64,000 nt of DNA from Massalongia carnosa (lineage: Eukaryota), in assembly GCA_965645245.1 (NCBI GenBank), contig OZ287082.1, positions 62,001-126,000 on the forward strand. The letters are read 5' to 3'. Below the pieces are notes generated by a model. It saw only the letters and a list, made by a program, of their open reading frames with translations. It had not been told where the DNA came from and did no database searches. The translations under genes were made by a program, and so were the position numbers. Shown here piece by piece: positions 61,034 through 64,000 of the stretch; positions within the stretch are counted from its first letter, which is position 1, and every line of letters starts with the position of its first letter.

Positions 61034-64000
61034 TGTTAGATGTTAGAGGATGAGGCCACCATCAATATGGGCATCCATCATGAGCCCCGGGAGGGGCCTG
61101 GCAAAGTGCCTAAACAAGCAGATATGGGGGGACAAGGTCTGACCGTTTAGGCTCCTAGATGTGACTGTTTTGTGACTGCTACATAAAGCAGACAAATAGC
61201 CCACATAGATAATTATCTTCAATGACAATCATGCTATTTCACCTACACGTGAATTAATCATTCATCAGGTTATGAGCCCGGCTCACTTTTACTACGTTTG
61301 AATAAGCCCCCACATTGATTGTCAAACAAACTCACCTCCACCTCTTCCACCTACCTCATTCTATATTATATATATATTCCTTTTCATATCCCACTTCATA
61401 ATCCGAGCAACCGAAGGGACCCTCTTTTTTCCCCGCTCAGTAACCCCTACTCCTAAGCACGATGGCCAAAGGGGAGAGTCTATACACATTCCCAAAGCTA
61501 ATAGGGAGTGGAAACTATAAGAAATGGTCCAGAGACATGGCCTTCGCCCTGCAGGAGGCGGAACTTTGGAACTACGTGACTGGTGCTCGGAAAATGCCTC
61601 GAGAAATTCCCCCTCCACCTCAAAAAACTGATGAGACACCCCCGGAGGAAACAGAGGAACAGCTAGAAAAGCGGGACAAACGGGACCTTGAACGCATAGA
61701 GTTCTCGGAGAAACAAAGGAGAGTAGTTGGTAAAATAGGCAAGATGTGCACGGATGACGTGCAACATAAATTCTTGTCGATGAGAAACCTAGCCAATGGG
61801 GGCATCTGGGACCCGAAGGACCTTTGGGAACACCTGAAAACCCGATACACCCTCAGAAATTGGAGTGCGAAATGGAGCACATTCAACCGGCTGGAGGAAA
61901 TAAACTATGAAAAATGCAAGACCATCGAGGAGTATGGTAGCCTAGTCAGGGACATCAAGGCCGAAATCACCGACATGGCCCTGACCGTTGAGCACATTGT
62001 AGTGCTTAAACTCCTCAATGGACTCGGCAGTTCATTCAACACCTACCTGACCATCCTGAACGAACAAGCCCGGCGGAAGGACAAATTCCCGGCGTTGGAT
62101 GACTTACTAAAAACCTGGAGGACGAGGAGGCTCGTATGCGCCAGGACCCTGTCGCCATAGCTAGCATGCTGAAGACAAAGGGTAAGAAGAACCCCACCGA
62201 AGAGGGTAAGAACAAATGCAAATGCTGGGGTTATAATCACTCCGGAAAATGCAGGCATAGCAACGCTACATGTAGGAAGTGTAGTAAGATGGGCCATCTG
62301 GAACGCGTTTGTGAAAGCAAAGAAGGTAATGAAACCTCAAAACCCCAAATAGTCTGTGCAATAAGGGAATGTTTCCGGACAACGACCCAGAAAACACCGC
62401 TTATTTGCCTGGCAAATCTGTACCGAGGCCCCAAAAACACCCACGACCTGTTGATCGACTCCGGTGCCACCGCGCACATTGTTTGCAATAAAACCCTTTT
62501 TCAAGAGGGGACCTTTCGGATCGAACACAACCACCTGGAATCAGGTTCCGGAGAGGTGTTATCAACGGAAGGAAGAGGTTCCCTGGTTCTATCAGTAAAC
62601 CAATGGAAATGGAAGCGCAATGGACCTCATCCTAACCAACATCCTTTTCGCCCCCGATCTAAAATTCAACCTCATCAGCACAATACAACTCGGCAAGAAG
62701 GGCATATCAACGTACCTGATGGCGGATGACAAACCCGCCCAACTGATATACAAAGAAAGGGTGGTTGGACTGACCAAAACAATAAACGACCAATATGTTT
62801 TGCATACAACTACTACGGGCCCTCGCCACCACAAATTCGGCAAAGGCCCCTATCCAAACATGGCACGAACGACTCGGCCACCTCAGCTACCCCAACCTCC
62901 TAAAATTAAACCATTTGGCCAAAGGAGTCACCATCGAGGGACCTATACCGGAAGGAGTATGCGGCCCATGCATGATGGGTAGACAACAAAGGAAAATAAA
63001 TCGCACCCCAAGGACCCGAGCAACAGGATTTCTGGACCTACTGCATAGCGATCTTGGGGGACCATTCCCGCTGACAAGGTTTGGCGAACGCTTTTATGTT
63101 ACGATAAAAGATAATTATTCCGGGGTAGTGTGGGTTTATCTGATGAAAACAAAAGGTCAAACCTTCGAATGTTTCAAGCAGTTCAAAACATGGATAGAAA
63201 ATCAATCGGGAAAGAAAATAAAGAGTCTTCGAGCTGATGGAGGAGGGGAGTACACCAGTGGCGATTTCCAGGAATTCCTGAAGAAGGAAGGAATCCAATG
63301 GGAGGCCCGGGCACCAAATGTGCCAGAACAGAATGGGAAGGCCGAAAGGCAAAATTATACCCTCATGGTCCCCACCCGGTCCATGATGAAAGCTAAGAAA
63401 AATCCCTTTGGGGGGAGGTTTTGAAGACGGCCGGGTACATTAAGAATATAAGTCCCGGGGTCGACGAGGTCACTCCTTATGAACGCATGAACGATGCGAA
63501 ACCCTTCCTCGGCCACATGAGAATGGTCGGGGCAAGGACGTGGGTACACATCCCAAAAGAGAAAAGAAAGAAGCTGGATGACCGTTCCTGGCAGGGAATA
63601 TTTGTCGGGTACGATGGAAACAATCAATTTCGAATCTACGATCCTCTTACCGGAAAGGTCCAATGTTTGTCGCGATATCACTGTCGATGAAGGCAATGCA
63701 TATGATCTCAAGGACAAAAATGCCTGGGACCTCGCCGACATTCCATGGGAGCAGGACGATGATGGTTTATTTGATGATCCAGACGACTTCGTTGATGAAA
63801 ACAAAGTCGGACATCCAAGTTCGTTATCTCCAGTAACTCCGAGCTCTGAAATATCGAGAAGTCCGGTAGTCCAACAAGACATGGCCCCACCAGCACCACG
63901 AATAATGCTCCAACCAATTGGAGTAGATGCTTCGGGAGGAGGCCAAGCCGAGGAGAATGGGGGCGAGAATGACTCCGATGAAGTGGAGGACATTCCTCGC
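61034..64000 (+). mobile_element. Ty1/Copia element (5' LTR, gag, protease, integrase); continues beyond the window, frameshifted
   Basis: LTR to 61267 (start 61034 or 61041), PBS GGTTATGAGCCC at 61268, CRKCSKMGHLERVC, IDSGATAH, WHERLGH, LRADGGGEY, EQNGKAER. Confidence 0.93.

Overview
Transposon-dense accessory region of a filamentous ascomycete genome. The evidence is short GT-AG introns with CTRAC branch sites, fungal gene families and RIP-like AT-rich blocks. Most of the window is mobile DNA, often nested three deep with readable target-site duplications (TSDs). It includes a decayed Ngaro/DIRS tyrosine-recombinase retroelement, a near-intact chromoviral Ty3/Gypsy, three Ty1/Copia elements, pogo/Fot1, Tc1/mariner and Mutator DNA transposons, many solo LTRs, and a 570-bp miniature LTR element in three copies. 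Non-TE genes look like defence or conflict cargo: an intact HSPA12-type Hsp70 facing an uncharacterised partner gene, a stand-alone HeLo/SesA-like gene, a frameshifted NACHT NLR-like gene, an intact Mx-like dynamin, a FunK1 kinase pseudogene, and the C-terminal remnant of a DUF3435 Starship captain. The strongest observations are: (1) two diverged Copia elements share the same two in-frame stops, a UAG and a UGA followed by a conserved hairpin, suggesting programmed recoding; (2) a self-priming TRIM-like mini-element; (3) a Copia LTR inserted exactly in the Gypsy -1 frameshift site; (4) a 147-bp mitochondrial-plasmid-type DNA polymerase B fragment captured inside an LTR. Family assignments come from motif recognition by eye; no searches were run.
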